A stretch of 64,000 bases of DNA, taken from positions 51,080-115,079 of the forward strand of contig JAOTVB010000007.1 of assembly GCA_029863605.1 (NCBI GenBank), written 5' to 3'. Below are positions 37,412-47,256 of this stretch, one piece after another. The stretch comes from Myxococcales bacterium. Lineage in GTDB: Bacteria; Myxococcota_A; Polyangia; Polyangiales; Houyiibacteriaceae. How positions within the stretch are numbered: the first letter of the stretch is position 1; each line of letters starts with the position of its first letter. The notes under the pieces are model-generated. The model was not told where the DNA came from. It searched no databases and saw only the letters and a list, made by a program, of their open reading frames with translations. Made by a program: the position numbers and the translations under genes.

Positions 37412-38397
37412 TCTATCTCCGTGTCTTTAACGAATGCATCGACCAGAGCCCATTGCTCATAGAGCCATTCAATGCGCTCTCGGTCGGTCGTGGGTATTTC
37501 TGAGCGTCGCACGCGCCAAATCTTTCCCCGAACGAGCGAGCCAACCACGGAACCACTGAAAATGTCCTTGATTTTTCCTAGGCCCTCGAGGCCACGGTGG
37601 GCGAAAAAGGCACAATCGACTTCCGGCAGTGCGTCGAGGAGAGTCAGCACGCCACCTGGTCGTGGTGGCAGAACGTGGGTCAGCGCCTCCGCGGCCTCGG
37701 TGAGCTCAGGGCTTTGATCTCGAACGCGCTCGCGTGCCCGGGCCAGCTTTGCCTGAGAAAACCGGGTTCCTTCCGGATAGATCAGAATGCCCTCGTCGCC
37801 CAGATCTCGCGAGAGCGCGCGGATCCCATCGAACTCGCGCTGGCGATTCCCGGTGCGATCTACGAAGTAGTTCGGGAGCGCATTGCCGACGATGTCGAGG
37901 CAGGGGTCAAAAAGCAACTCTTGCTTGAGAATATAGCGCACACGCCATCGTGTTGGCCTCTGGACATAGACACTGGTGAGGAGCGTGTCGAGGATGCTCG
38001 CGTGCCGCACGAGCAAGATAGTGGGCCCAGGCGATGCGGCATCCGCCTCTTCAATGTCGATGTCGAGCCGCAATAGCGCACTGGCAAGTCTCAGAAGCGT
38101 GGCGCTCCACCACTGCTGCAGCTCGAACAGACGAGTCTGAAGCTCTACCGGTTTCCCGCGTAGCAAAGAGAACACCACTGCGAGCCGCACCAACGCAATC
38201 ATCGCGATGCCAAAGAAGAACCATGCAAAGATCAAGAGCCGCAACGTCACGAACGAGCGACGCCGAACGGCGCCGATCACGACCCCGGCCACGAGCCACA
38301 CCGGCGCCAGGACGGTCAGCAGGACCCAGGCCGCTACGTAGAGGGAAACCGTCATCAACCGGCGCCGACCCGGCCGTTCTTTCGGAGGCTTCACCAT
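37408..38397 (-). CDS. PlsC-family acyltransferase
   Basis: HASILD (HX4D), FVDR, IYPEGTR and LPPRPGG. Confidence 0.88.
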   Translation of the reverse strand: MVKPPKERPGRRRLMTVSLYVAAWVLLTVLAPVWLVAGVVIGAVRRRSFVTLRLLIFAWFFFGIAMIALVRLAVVFSLLRGKPVELQTRLFELQQWWSATLLRLASALLRLDIDIEEADAASPGPTILLVRHASILDTLLTSVYVQRPTRWRVRYILKQELLFDPCLDIVGNALPNYFVDRTGNRQREFDGIRALSRDLGDEGILIYPEGTRFSQAKLARARERVRDQSPELTEAAEALTHVLPPRPGGVLTLLDALPEVDCAFFAHRGLEGLGKIKDIFSGSVVGSLVRGKIWRVRRSEIPTTDRERIEWLYEQWALVDAFVKDTEIE

Positions 38398-38406
38398 CGA
38401 GTCCGC

Positions 38407-39375
38407 TCATTGATGCATTGCGAGCGAGTCAAGAGTACCCGACCAGCCGCTGTAGTGGCAGAGCTGCGACCAAAGTACGCGCCGGTCCTCGGCGCTTTCG
38501 CGAGTTCCGGGAAATCGATGAATGGGGCGCGGGGTGCGGTCGTGCCAGAAGAGCCCAGTGCTTTGCGCCGCTTCGTCCGATGCACAGAGCCAGACGATGG
38601 TATCGGCTCCCTGTGCAGCGGTGCGCAGAAGCGGCTTCGTCAACTTGTAGAAGCGTGGGAGAGATTTCGAGACCCCCGGCGTGTCGGCCCAACCCGGGTG
38701 CATGGCATGCACGACGATCCCCGGTGGAGCGAGCGCCTCGGCCCACAGCTCGGTCAGGATGACCTGGCCGCGCTTCGTGCGGGCATACGCCTTCGCGCCG
38801 TCGTATGTGCCGCGTGCGTTCTGCAAGTCGTTGACCGATATTCGCTGAGTATACATTCCGCCGGAAGACACATTAACGATGCGCGCGGGCGCCGACGCGA
38901 CGAGCTTAGGCACCAGGAGGTTGGTGAGCAAGAAGTGTCCGAGCAGGTTCGTTGCAAACGTGGTCTCGATGCCCTCTGTCGTCTCGGTACGAGTAGGTAG
39001 CAGAACGCCCGCATTGTTGACGAGAATGTGAATCGGGGTTTCCAGCCGTTCGGCAAGGGCTCGAACCTCGGCCATCAAGCTGAGATCGGCGAGCTCTACC
39101 CGAACGGTGGTGTTTCCGGTCTGCTTGGCGATTTCCTTCGCCACCCCTTCGGTCTTTTCTCGGTTCCGTCCGACCAGCACAACTGTAGCGCCAAGCCGCG
39201 AAAGCTCCGTCGAGGTGCATTTGCCTAGCCCAGACGTTGCGCCAGTCACCACAACGGTCCGGCCTGTAAGGTCGACGTCGATCTTCGGATGCGAGCGCCA
39301 AACGTAGCCAAGGGACGTGTACCCGAGAAGAGACTTGTCTAAGAGTCGATCGCGCATGCGCATTACGTAGAGCAT
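38407..39375 (-). CDS. SDR oxidoreductase (retinol dehydrogenase/DHRS12-like)
   Basis: TGATSGLG, NNAG, SSGGMY, YARTK and MHPGWADTPG. Confidence 0.92.
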   Translation of the reverse strand: MLYVMRMRDRLLDKSLLGYTSLGYVWRSHPKIDVDLTGRTVVVTGATSGLGKCTSTELSRLGATVVLVGRNREKTEGVAKEIAKQTGNTTVRVELADLSLMAEVRALAERLETPIHILVNNAGVLLPTRTETTEGIETTFATNLLGHFLLTNLLVPKLVASAPARIVNVSSGGMYTQRISVNDLQNARGTYDGAKAYARTKRGQVILTELWAEALAPPGIVVHAMHPGWADTPGVSKSLPRFYKLTKPLLRTAAQGADTIVWLCASDEAAQSTGLFWHDRTPRPIHRFPGTRESAEDRRVLWSQLCHYSGWSGTLDSLAMHQ

Positions 39376-39478
39376 CAGCGGGGATCGACAATGAGACGCC
39401 CCCGATCGAAACTGGCGCCTCCGCCGCCCCCAAGTATATGGTTCGCCAACTCACGTGCAGCGTACCAGGAGGGGTAGA

Positions 39479-40429
39479 ATGACCAGAGAGTGTGTGTGGC
39501 GGACGGCCGCCAAGTTGAGCCTTGTGCTCGCCGGGGTAGTTTTGTCGACCTGGGGAGCCCGGGCAGACGCGCAAGAGGAAGCAATTCCCGACAGCGTCGC
39601 GACCGATGTCGCGGCAAGCAAGACCGAAACGGCGGGCGAAGCCACCTTCGCAGCGTCTCCAGACGTCAAAGAGACCGCTACGGCGGCCGCCGAGGCCACA
39701 CCCGAAGAGGTGAAAGCCGAGGTGGACTGGGCCCTCAGCGCGGGTGGGGCAGTCAATACCGGTAACACGAAGTCGTGGAATATCTATTCGGGCTCGGACT
39801 TCAAGCTCCTGAAAGAGAAGCACACCCTGACCATGGCCGCGCTCTTCAGCTTCGGCAGAGCGGATGTCGCTCCGACGGACCCCACGACCAGTTATTCCAC
39901 GGTCTCAAAGCAGTTCTTCTTCGACTCGCGGTACGAGTACTTTTTCACCGACATGGACGCGGTCTGGGCGTCGCTCGGTTATCGATGGGACCCGCTCGCA
40001 GGCTTTAAGGCGCAGTTACTGGTAAACGGCGGGTACCTGCACGCGTTCATCAAGAACGAGAAGCACTACTTCGCTGGGCGTGTCGGCTACAGCTACACGT
40101 TTGAACACTACGAAGTGCCGCCGTCGCTCCTCACCGAAAACTCGAACATTCACGGCTTGCTTGCAGCCCTCGACTACGAAAACAGGCTCAACGAGCACGT
40201 CGAGTTTCTCTCGAGCATCGTGACGATCTACAACCTGAACAATATCGACGTCCAGAACGCTAGCCCGTTCCAGGACATCCGCATCTATCTCACCGCGGCG
40301 CTCTTGTCGAAGGTGAACGACAAACTCGCCTTTGAGGCGCGATTCTTGATGCTCTACGATCGCATCCCCGCGGCACTCGCAAAGACAGACACCACCACGA
40401 TCTTCAGCTTGGTGTACACGATCATGTGA
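39479..40429 (+). CDS. DUF481-family outer-membrane beta-barrel protein
   Basis: Signal peptide; NTGNT; amphipathic strands; C-terminal TDTTTIFSLVY. RBS AGGAGG. Confidence 0.75.
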   Translation: MTRECVWRTAAKLSLVLAGVVLSTWGARADAQEEAIPDSVATDVAASKTETAGEATFAASPDVKETATAAAEATPEEVKAEVDWALSAGGAVNTGNTKSWNIYSGSDFKLLKEKHTLTMAALFSFGRADVAPTDPTTSYSTVSKQFFFDSRYEYFFTDMDAVWASLGYRWDPLAGFKAQLLVNGGYLHAFIKNEKHYFAGRVGYSYTFEHYEVPPSLLTENSNIHGLLAALDYENRLNEHVEFLSSIVTIYNLNNIDVQNASPFQDIRIYLTAALLSKVNDKLAFEARFLMLYDRIPAALAKTDTTTIFSLVYTIM

Positions 40430-40486
40430 TCGGCGCCGGTTCCCTCGATGTTTTCGAGGGAACCCTGCGTAGCACGCCAGCGAGCT

Positions 40487-40906
40487 TTACCGCTTCGCCA
40501 AAAGGTCGCGAATCTCTGCGAGAAGCACTTCCTCTTTCGGCGGCGGCGGTGGCGCTGCCTCTTCCGCCTTCTCTTCCTGCTTGCGGAGCTTGTTCATCCC
40601 TTTGATCATCATGAAGATGACGAATGCGATGATGATGAAGTCGAAGACCACCATGAGGAAGGATCCGTATTTGAGCACCGCCGCGCCCGCTGCTTCGGCG
40701 GCCGCAAGCGACTCATAACTACCTTCGCCTAGCAGCACGTAGCTCTGGCTCACATCGACGCCGCCGGTGAATAGCCCAATCACAGGCATGAGCACATCGG
40801 CGACCAGCGAGGCAATGATCTTTCCAAAGGCCGCACCGATGATGATGCCGACCGCCATGTCCATCATGTTGCCCTTGAGAGCAAACTCCTTAAATTCCTT
40901 CAACAT
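40487..40906 (-). CDS. mscL: Large-conductance mechanosensitive channel
   Basis: [28 protein letters not shown] and LLAEIRDLL. Confidence 0.97.
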   Translation of the reverse strand: MLKEFKEFALKGNMMDMAVGIIIGAAFGKIIASLVADVLMPVIGLFTGGVDVSQSYVLLGEGSYESLAAAEAAGAAVLKYGSFLMVVFDFIIIAFVIFMMIKGMNKLRKQEEKAEEAAPPPPPKEEVLLAEIRDLLAKR

Positions 40907-40937
40907 CTCTTTCTCCTTCTTTTCGAGCTCCGCTTCA

Positions 40938-41711
40938 TCAGCGTCGAAGCTGCCACTCACCGGTCGCTGGCCCAAAGCCTGTCGCGAGCCGGCCAAACGA
41001 TTCTACCGCGACCCAGGCCGTGCCCTCGATCCGGTACGGGATGGCAAACTCCGGCACCCTGCCTTGCTTGACGCGATCGATGTCGCCTTTGGCGAGCTTT
41101 GCGATCAGATCGACCATCTGGGTGGGATCGACGCCCAGCCGGACGACCATGCGGGTTCGGTCGTTGGGCGGGACGGTGCGCACGCGAAGGTCACGGAAGT
41201 TGCGCTCGCCGAGCGCGACGGCAAACAAGAAGTCCTTTGCGGCGCTTGCGAAGTCTTTCGCGTCACGTATTTCGGGGTCGTCGGATGTGCAGGCATTCGC
41301 GTTCTGGGTGCAACGATCGGGATCTTCGCAGAGGCTCAAGCACACCGTGCCCAAGTTCGAGGCGCTTCTCTGCCCTGGGAATGCAGTGAAGGCAAAGAGT
41401 GACTGCACGACAGGCAGAGGCACCGGATTTGGGTTTTGAAACTCGAGCTCCACATCGAATGCAAAGTTGATGTCGGAAATCGAAGAGACCGGCCCAAAGA
41501 CGCGACAGACGAGCGGACCAAGGTACTGCGCGCAGTAGTAGCTCGCGAGCTCCTTGTTGGACGGCATCTCCGCCAAGCGAACCTCGGCGATCGAGACGTT
41601 GGGGGGCTTGATGTTGAGCGCTTTCCCTCCGGTTCCGAATCCAAGCCCTGCGCACCCGAGCACGCCGACGATCAGCGATAGGGTGAAGGCCCGGCGCAAT
41701 GCAGGTGGCAT
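40938..41711 (-). CDS. Lipoprotein with LEA_2/WHy-like fold
   Basis: Lipobox VLGC; [16 protein letters not shown]; IPYRIEG; Cys-rich inserts. Start moved to 41711. Confidence 0.6.
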   Translation of the reverse strand: MPPALRRAFTLSLIVGVLGCAGLGFGTGGKALNIKPPNVSIAEVRLAEMPSNKELASYYCAQYLGPLVCRVFGPVSSISDINFAFDVELEFQNPNPVPLPVVQSLFAFTAFPGQRSASNLGTVCLSLCEDPDRCTQNANACTSDDPEIRDAKDFASAAKDFLFAVALGERNFRDLRVRTVPPNDRTRMVVRLGVDPTQMVDLIAKLAKGDIDRVKQGRVPEFAIPYRIEGTAWVAVESFGRLATGFGPATGEWQLRR

Positions 41712-41716
41712 GCTGG

Positions 41717-42565
41717 CTAGTTCCCCGACGGAACCGGTGGAGGCACGCAGTTTGGGCGCTTGCCCCTCGCGCGCGCCCCTAGATAGAGCTCCCTCGTTTG
41801 CGGGAGGTTTGCTTCGAGGTTCTCGATGCGCGTTTCGTTGGCCGGATGGGTCGACATCCACTCTGGTGGCTGCGTGCCTTGGCTGAGCTTTGCCATCTTC
41901 TTCCAGAGTGCGATCGCCTCTGCTGGGTTGAAGCCGGCCTGCGCCATGAATCGCTGCCCCACGACGTCGGCTTCGCTTTCGTGCTTTCGACTGAAGGGAA
42001 GGAGCACGCCGTATTGGGCGCCCACACCGAGACCGCCGACGACGGCGTCGCGATACTCGGGCCTGGTTTGGCTCAGGGCGACAGAGCCCGCGTCCATCGC
42101 GCTCTGAGCGACGATGGACTGAGACATCCGCTCGTTGCCATGACGCAAAAGAACGTGTCCGATTTCGTGGCCGATCACCGCCGCAAGCTGCCCCTGCGTC
42201 GTCGCCACCGCAAGCATGCCGGTGTGGACGCCGATCTTGCCCCCAGGGAGGGCGAACGCATTGGGCGTCGAATCGTCGAAGACGATGACCTCCCACCTGC
42301 CATCCTTCGGCGCCGCGCCCCCCTTCGGAATGACGGCGAGTATCGGGTCTGCCACGCAGCGGACATACGTGTTTGGGCGACGATCCTTCTCGACCTTACC
42401 TTGCTGTTTGATGTCGGTGAAGGCAGCCACCCCGAGCGCGTCCATTTTTTCGTCGTCGATCAGGGTCAGCTGTCTGCGTCCTGTCATGGTCGTCGAGCAT
42501 GCGGCGATCAGGACCGCCAGCACCACACCTGAACCGACCCGCGCCCGCGCGTGAGTGCTCATCAT
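41717..42565 (-). CDS. M48 family metallopeptidase lipoprotein
   Basis: Lipobox IAAC; PNAFALPGG, GHEIGH, FSRKHESEAD and STHP. Confidence 0.93.
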   Translation of the reverse strand: MMSTHARARVGSGVVLAVLIAACSTTMTGRRQLTLIDDEKMDALGVAAFTDIKQQGKVEKDRRPNTYVRCVADPILAVIPKGGAAPKDGRWEVIVFDDSTPNAFALPGGKIGVHTGMLAVATTQGQLAAVIGHEIGHVLLRHGNERMSQSIVAQSAMDAGSVALSQTRPEYRDAVVGGLGVGAQYGVLLPFSRKHESEADVVGQRFMAQAGFNPAEAIALWKKMAKLSQGTQPPEWMSTHPANETRIENLEANLPQTRELYLGARARGKRPNCVPPPVPSGN

Positions 42566-42589
42566 AGAAATCGTTCCTCAATCGCAGGC

Positions 42590-42619
42590 CGCGCAGAGCC
42601 ATCGCTTTGGCTCTGCGCG
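42590..42619. repeat. Perfect 12-bp inverted repeat in an intergenic region
   Basis: CGCGCAGAGCCA-tcgctt-TGGCTCTGCGCG; no U-tract on either strand. Confidence 0.7.
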
Positions 42620-42650
42620 CCTAGTCTTGCCGAGAATGAATGGAGCTAGC

Positions 42651-43190
42651 TTACTGGGCCTGTTGGGTCAGCGTGAAGGTCGCCTGCGAGTCGCAAGGAA
42701 GATCAACGAACCAGGCGCCATCGCACGCACCCGGCATCGCACTTTCGTCGCTCTCGCTCTCGTCATGGTCCCAGGTCACCTGCACCGTTGTATTTTGATC
42801 TAGACTCACACTTGGATCGCCGAGAACAACGGTAAACGTGTCCATCAGATCGACGACGCAGTCGGGGACTGCCATGGGACCGTCCGTGAAGCTATCCGTG
42901 AATTCGACGGTGCTGTCCGCTGGATCGTACGTCATGGTAACGCCTCCGAGGACTAGATCGACGGACTCCAGCGCAGCGTCGCTGCCCTCGATCGTAACGT
43001 CAAAGGCGGTCAGAGGCTCTGTCGGCGAAACCGCCTCACAGCCGTCGCTTTCCACCGTATAGCCCGAAACGTCCCACGTGAGCGGCCCGATGATCCCAGT
43101 TCCGCCCGACCCGCCGGTTCCCAAAACGTCCTCGCCACACCCGACGGCGAGACCGGCGGCTAGAATGCACATCACTAATAACTTATTCAT
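42651..43190 (-). CDS. Acidic hypothetical lipoprotein
   Basis: Lipobox AVGC; GTGGSGG; Asp-rich with several further Cys; RBS GGAGG. Confidence 0.75.
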   Translation of the reverse strand: MNKLLVMCILAAGLAVGCGEDVLGTGGSGGTGIIGPLTWDVSGYTVESDGCEAVSPTEPLTAFDVTIEGSDAALESVDLVLGGVTMTYDPADSTVEFTDSFTDGPMAVPDCVVDLMDTFTVVLGDPSVSLDQNTTVQVTWDHDESESDESAMPGACDGAWFVDLPCDSQATFTLTQQAQ

Positions 43191-43217
43191 CGCTCTATTC
43201 CTCCCACTAGTTCTCAA

Positions 43218-43808
43218 TCACTGACGCTTTTCATACCGGCTTCCGGTACCCGTCGTCGGTCGACCTTCAGCCTCTCGCTCCTTGACGATCGTAGGCGTCT
43301 TTTCGGTCGCCTTTTTCTTTCCGGTCGCTTTCTTCTTGGCTGCTTCCGCTTCAGCGGCGGCGGCGGCCTCAGCTTCGGCGGCAGCTTCGGCTGCGGCAGC
43401 TTCCTCGGCCTCTGTCTTGGCGGCGGCGAGATCCGTGGCACAGCCTTCGACCTTCGTCTTCAGCTCGGTCATCGCGACCTTTTGCTTATCGATCGTCTCG
43501 TTCAACGCCTTTTTGAGCTCCTCCAAGCCAGCGAGGTTGACCTCGCCTTCCAGGCTGGGACTTTCCACGGTCGCGTCCTTGGACGTGATCACCATCGCCT
43601 CGCCTTTGGTTTCGGCCAGGTCCTTCATGCAGGTTTGGAGCTGGTCTGCCAGATTGGTCAGCTCCTCGTTTGCTTCAGCAACCTGGTCTGAGAGCTCCGT
43701 CGTCAGATCCTGCAGAGCTTTGACCGCGGTGCTGTCTTCACATCCGATCAGGCCGGCTGACATCGCCAGCGCGATCGCACAGGATAGAAATGCTTGCTTA
43801 AACTTCAC
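43218..43808 (-). CDS. Coiled-coil hypothetical lipoprotein with Ala/Glu linker and Lys-rich tail
   Basis: Lipobox LIGC; heptad pattern; RBS GGAGGGAG before GTG 43808. Confidence 0.75.
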   Translation of the reverse strand: MKFKQAFLSCAIALAMSAGLIGCEDSTAVKALQDLTTELSDQVAEANEELTNLADQLQTCMKDLAETKGEAMVITSKDATVESPSLEGEVNLAGLEELKKALNETIDKQKVAMTELKTKVEGCATDLAAAKTEAEEAAAAEAAAEAEAAAAAEAEAAKKKATGKKKATEKTPTIVKEREAEGRPTTGTGSRYEKRQ

Positions 43809-44027
43809 TGCTCCCTCCATTCGTCAAGTGGCCGACACCCACGGTGTCGGTGTAATGATGCCCTCCGAGTCGATGCGGCCCCCGTTGGCGGGTTGCATAG
43901 CCTACTCTCCGGGCGGATGGCAAGGTCGAACCAGACATACCGTTGATTTCTTTAGGGTTTCGGCCGTGATTTGGGGTCGACGGAATGAACCGCTAGGTTG
44001 ACTTTGGATACGCCTTCGGGGGGAAGG

Positions 44028-45419
44028 ATGCCGAGACGCAATAGCAAGACCACCAACCTTCGTGCCCAGCTCGCCAAGGCACTCAAAACCGACCGCCTCG
44101 ACCAAGCGCTCTCGCTCTACGAGCGGATCGAAAAAAAGGAGCCGGACGAGCCACGTTGGTCGCACCGCAAGGGCGACCTTTTGCAACGCATGGACCGTAA
44201 GGCTGACGCAGCGCTCGCTTACGAGCGCGCAGTGGACGGCTATGCGGCCAAGGGCTTTGTCGCCCGTGCCGCCGCGATGGCGAAAGTGATCCTAGCGATC
44301 GACCCTAGCAAGGGCGAAGTGCTCGACCGGGTAGATCCAGAAGCGGCACGACGGCTCCATCGGCAGAACAGGAGCGTCATCGTCACGGCGGATGCGCCGC
44401 CCTCCCCGGACTCGAACGGGCCGACGACGGAGACGCACAGTTTAATCACAGATGCACTGCCTTTGATCACCGACCAGACTGCACCCCCTGGCGAAACTCG
44501 CTTCACGAAGCCCGAAAAGACTGCAGACGTAAAACTCGACCTCACCGATATCGAGCTAGTCGAAAGGCCAGTAGCGCGGGAATCTCTGATGAGCCTGCGT
44601 CCGAGTGCCGCGACACTCGCCCAGCTTCCCGCGATGCCGCTGTTCGCCGAAGTTCCGCGGAACATTCTGGAAGCCTTGGTCAGGGAATCCACGCTGGTCG
44701 ACGTGGAAGACGGACAGCGCCTGGTCACCGCGGGCACCACCGCGGATGCCTTGTACGTGCTCGTCGAAGGTAATGCAATCGGACAGCGGGGGACCGATCT
44801 TCAGAGCTTGCTTCTCGGAGAAGGAGACGTTGCCGGGGTTTCGTGCTTGCTCTCCAACGTGAACTATGGAGAGGACGTCATCGCGTGCGGTCGAGTTCGC
44901 GCGCTTCGAATCAGCAAGCTGCTTCTCGACCGGCTAGTCGAGCAACATCCTCCGTTGGACGACGTGATCCTCGAGATCCTGAGCCGTCGCCTCGTGGCAA
45001 CTCTCTTACGCACGAATCGGATTTTCACGGCATTCGACGAGCGCACTCGAAAGAACATCGCTGGCCTGTTTGAAGTGCGTCGGGCGCTTGCCGGTACCAA
45101 GATTCTCGAGGGCGGCAAGCGCGCGGACGCGATGTACCTGCCGCTTCATGGTCGCATCGTAGCCAAAAAGCCCGACGGGACGCGCATCGGTGACATGGAG
45201 CTTGGACATGCACTCGGCCAGGAGTCGATACTGACCCGTCAACCGTCGCCGATCACCGTCGAAGCCAAGAGCGATGTGCTCGTGCTGCGCATGTCAGCAG
45301 CCCGATTTGCCGAACTTCTACTCAGGCGCCCCGACGTCGTCCAGCACATCCAAATACTGAAACGTCGTCATTCCAGGCAAACCTATTCGCTGAGGACAGA
45401 TCAGACCGACCGTCACTGA
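44028..45419 (+). CDS. TPR-like plus tandem cyclic-nucleotide-binding domain protein
   Basis: N-terminal helical repeats; PLFAEV..LYVLVEG and IFTAF..MYLPLHG..LGQESIL CNB folds. Confidence 0.8.
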   Translation: MPRRNSKTTNLRAQLAKALKTDRLDQALSLYERIEKKEPDEPRWSHRKGDLLQRMDRKADAALAYERAVDGYAAKGFVARAAAMAKVILAIDPSKGEVLDRVDPEAARRLHRQNRSVIVTADAPPSPDSNGPTTETHSLITDALPLITDQTAPPGETRFTKPEKTADVKLDLTDIELVERPVARESLMSLRPSAATLAQLPAMPLFAEVPRNILEALVRESTLVDVEDGQRLVTAGTTADALYVLVEGNAIGQRGTDLQSLLLGEGDVAGVSCLLSNVNYGEDVIACGRVRALRISKLLLDRLVEQHPPLDDVILEILSRRLVATLLRTNRIFTAFDERTRKNIAGLFEVRRALAGTKILEGGKRADAMYLPLHGRIVAKKPDGTRIGDMELGHALGQESILTRQPSPITVEAKSDVLVLRMSAARFAELLLRRPDVVQHIQILKRRHSRQTYSLRTDQTDRH

Positions 45420-45537
45420 AGACGGCAAGCACTTTGCGTCCGTTCGACTACGCTTTGGCATGGCGCTTGCTGCACTTAGTGGTGGAGTAGCGATCCACTG
45501 TGCCAGACTGTGCCCGCGCTCCGAAAGGATGTCATCA

Positions 45538-47256
45538 ATGTCCGGAATTCGCTTTTCGCTTTACGCCATCGGGCTCGGATCTGCGCTGATTTGCGCCATC
45601 GCCCTCCACCCACAATCCGTCAGCGCCTGTGGCGGGCTTTTCTGCTCCGCCGCGGCGCCGGTCAACCAAGCGGCCGAGCGGATCATCTTTTCGAAGAACG
45701 AAGATGGGACGGTCACGGCCGTCGTTCAGATCCAATACTCCGGCCCGTCGGAGGAGTTTGCCTGGGTCCTCCCGGTGCCAGGGATCCCAGACGTCAATGT
45801 ATCCTCGGACTTGGCGTTCACCCGCCTTCAGCAGGCGAGCAATCCACAGTACATCCTGACCACCGAGGTTGAAGGCGATTGCCGTCAAGATCAGCTCGAC
45901 GGCGCATCCTCCGGTCCGCCGGGTTCGACTTCCAACGACGGCGGCGGGGGCGCAGGAGGCTCTGGGGGTGTCAACGTGCTCGCCTCGGGAACCGTCGGCC
46001 CCTATGACTACGTCGTGATCCAGCCAGAGGCCTCCTTTGAAGAGGTCGGTGACGTCGCTGTCGAGTGGCTGACCAACGAGGGCTACGACGTGGTGCCTCC
46101 AGGCGGCGATCCAAGCGACATCTCACTCCTGCTTGGCGAGTATCTTCAAGACGCCATGAATCTACTCGCATTCCGCCTCACCAAAGGCAACGACACTGGG
46201 ACCATCCGCCCGATTTGGATCACCTATGCCTCGTCGCAGCCCATGATCCCGATTCGACCCACCGCGGTGGCCGCCAACGACGACATGGGCGTGATGGTCT
46301 GGGTGCTCGGCGAAAGTAGAGCCGTGCCGGTCAACTACAGATCGCTCGAGCTCAACGAGGCACTCATCGACTGGACGACCGGAGGCAGCAACTACAATCA
46401 AGTCGTCGTCGCTGCGGCAAATGAGGCCGGCGGCCAGGGATTCGTGACCGAGCGCGCCGGGGAGAGCGCTGACTACGACAATGTGGTTCTTTCAGAGTTC
46501 GAGCGACAGGCGTGGGACTCGTTTCGCGCAAGCGGCGGAGGGCTGTCGTCCGAGGAGCTCCTGATTGGGAGCGCGCAAACGCTCGCCGGGTGGGATGGAT
46601 ATCGAAGCCTAGTCGAGCGTTTTCTTCCCGAATCGGTCGATGTCGACGACTTCCTCGGATGCCCTTCATGTGGCCATGCCTTGGAGCCGATCGACAACCA
46701 GGCGTTCATCGATGCCCTCGGCCTCGAAGTGGTCGATCCCATGATCGAGACCCAAGCGCTCATGACCTCCCGACCTTACGTCACTCGCATGTACACGACT
46801 TTGTCAGCCCCCGAAATGGACCTCGATCCCCTCTTCGACTTCAACCCCGACCTCGAAGATGCACCGAACCTCCACAACGCGCGCCAGGTCATCGAATGCA
46901 ACCCCACGATTTATCCGTGGGAGGCTCCATCACGCATCGAGCTCGAAGACGGCCGGGTCGTCCGTTTGTTGCCCAACAGCCCTTGGCCCTTCGTGCCAGG
47001 TGACGCGGACGCTCCCCCTGCAAACGCGATCGTGGCCCAACTGACGACGAGCGGTCCTGGCGAGATCGTGACCGACAACCGGGACGCGATCGGGCAGGCC
47101 TTAGACGAACACAACGCCACGGTCCCTACCCCCAACGGATGGGCGGTTGGGGGTGGCGGCGGATGCACACTTGCCGAAGGCCGTCCGGATGCCGTGTGGT
47201 GGATCGGGTTGGCTCTCCTCGGGTTGCTGATCAAGCGCCGTCAGAGCTTGCGATAG
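45538..47256 (+). CDS. DUF2330 family protein with MYXO-CTERM-like sorting tail
   Basis: ACGGLFC..VNQAAERIIF, FAWVLPVP, MIPIRPT and VTRMYT; tail GGGGC..WWIGLALLGLLIKRR. Confidence 0.88.
   Translation: MSGIRFSLYAIGLGSALICAIALHPQSVSACGGLFCSAAAPVNQAAERIIFSKNEDGTVTAVVQIQYSGPSEEFAWVLPVPGIPDVNVSSDLAFTRLQQASNPQYILTTEVEGDCRQDQLDGASSGPPGSTSNDGGGGAGGSGGVNVLASGTVGPYDYVVIQPEASFEEVGDVAVEWLTNEGYDVVPPGGDPSDISLLLGEYLQDAMNLLAFRLTKGNDTGTIRPIWITYASSQPMIPIRPTAVAANDDMGVMVWVLGESRAVPVNYRSLELNEALIDWTTGGSNYNQVVVAAANEAGGQGFVTERAGESADYDNVVLSEFERQAWDSFRASGGGLSSEELLIGSAQTLAGWDGYRSLVERFLPESVDVDDFLGCPSCGHALEPIDNQAFIDALGLEVVDPMIETQALMTSRPYVTRMYTTLSAPEMDLDPLFDFNPDLEDAPNLHNARQVIECNPTIYPWEAPSRIELEDGRVVRLLPNSPWPFVPGDADAPPANAIVAQLTTSGPGEIVTDNRDAIGQALDEHNATVPTPNGWAVGGGGGCTLAEGRPDAVWWIGLALLGLLIKRRQSLR

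Noticed and set aside
39336-39346. TGTCTAAGAGT, identical to one carH operator repeat (35829-35839)
   Set aside because: Single copy inside the SDR coding sequence with no neighbours at 11-bp period; probably chance.
41712-42296. Long extension of ORF 40938..42296
   Set aside because: Alternative frame of the M48 gene; a signal peptide and lipobox start at 41711.
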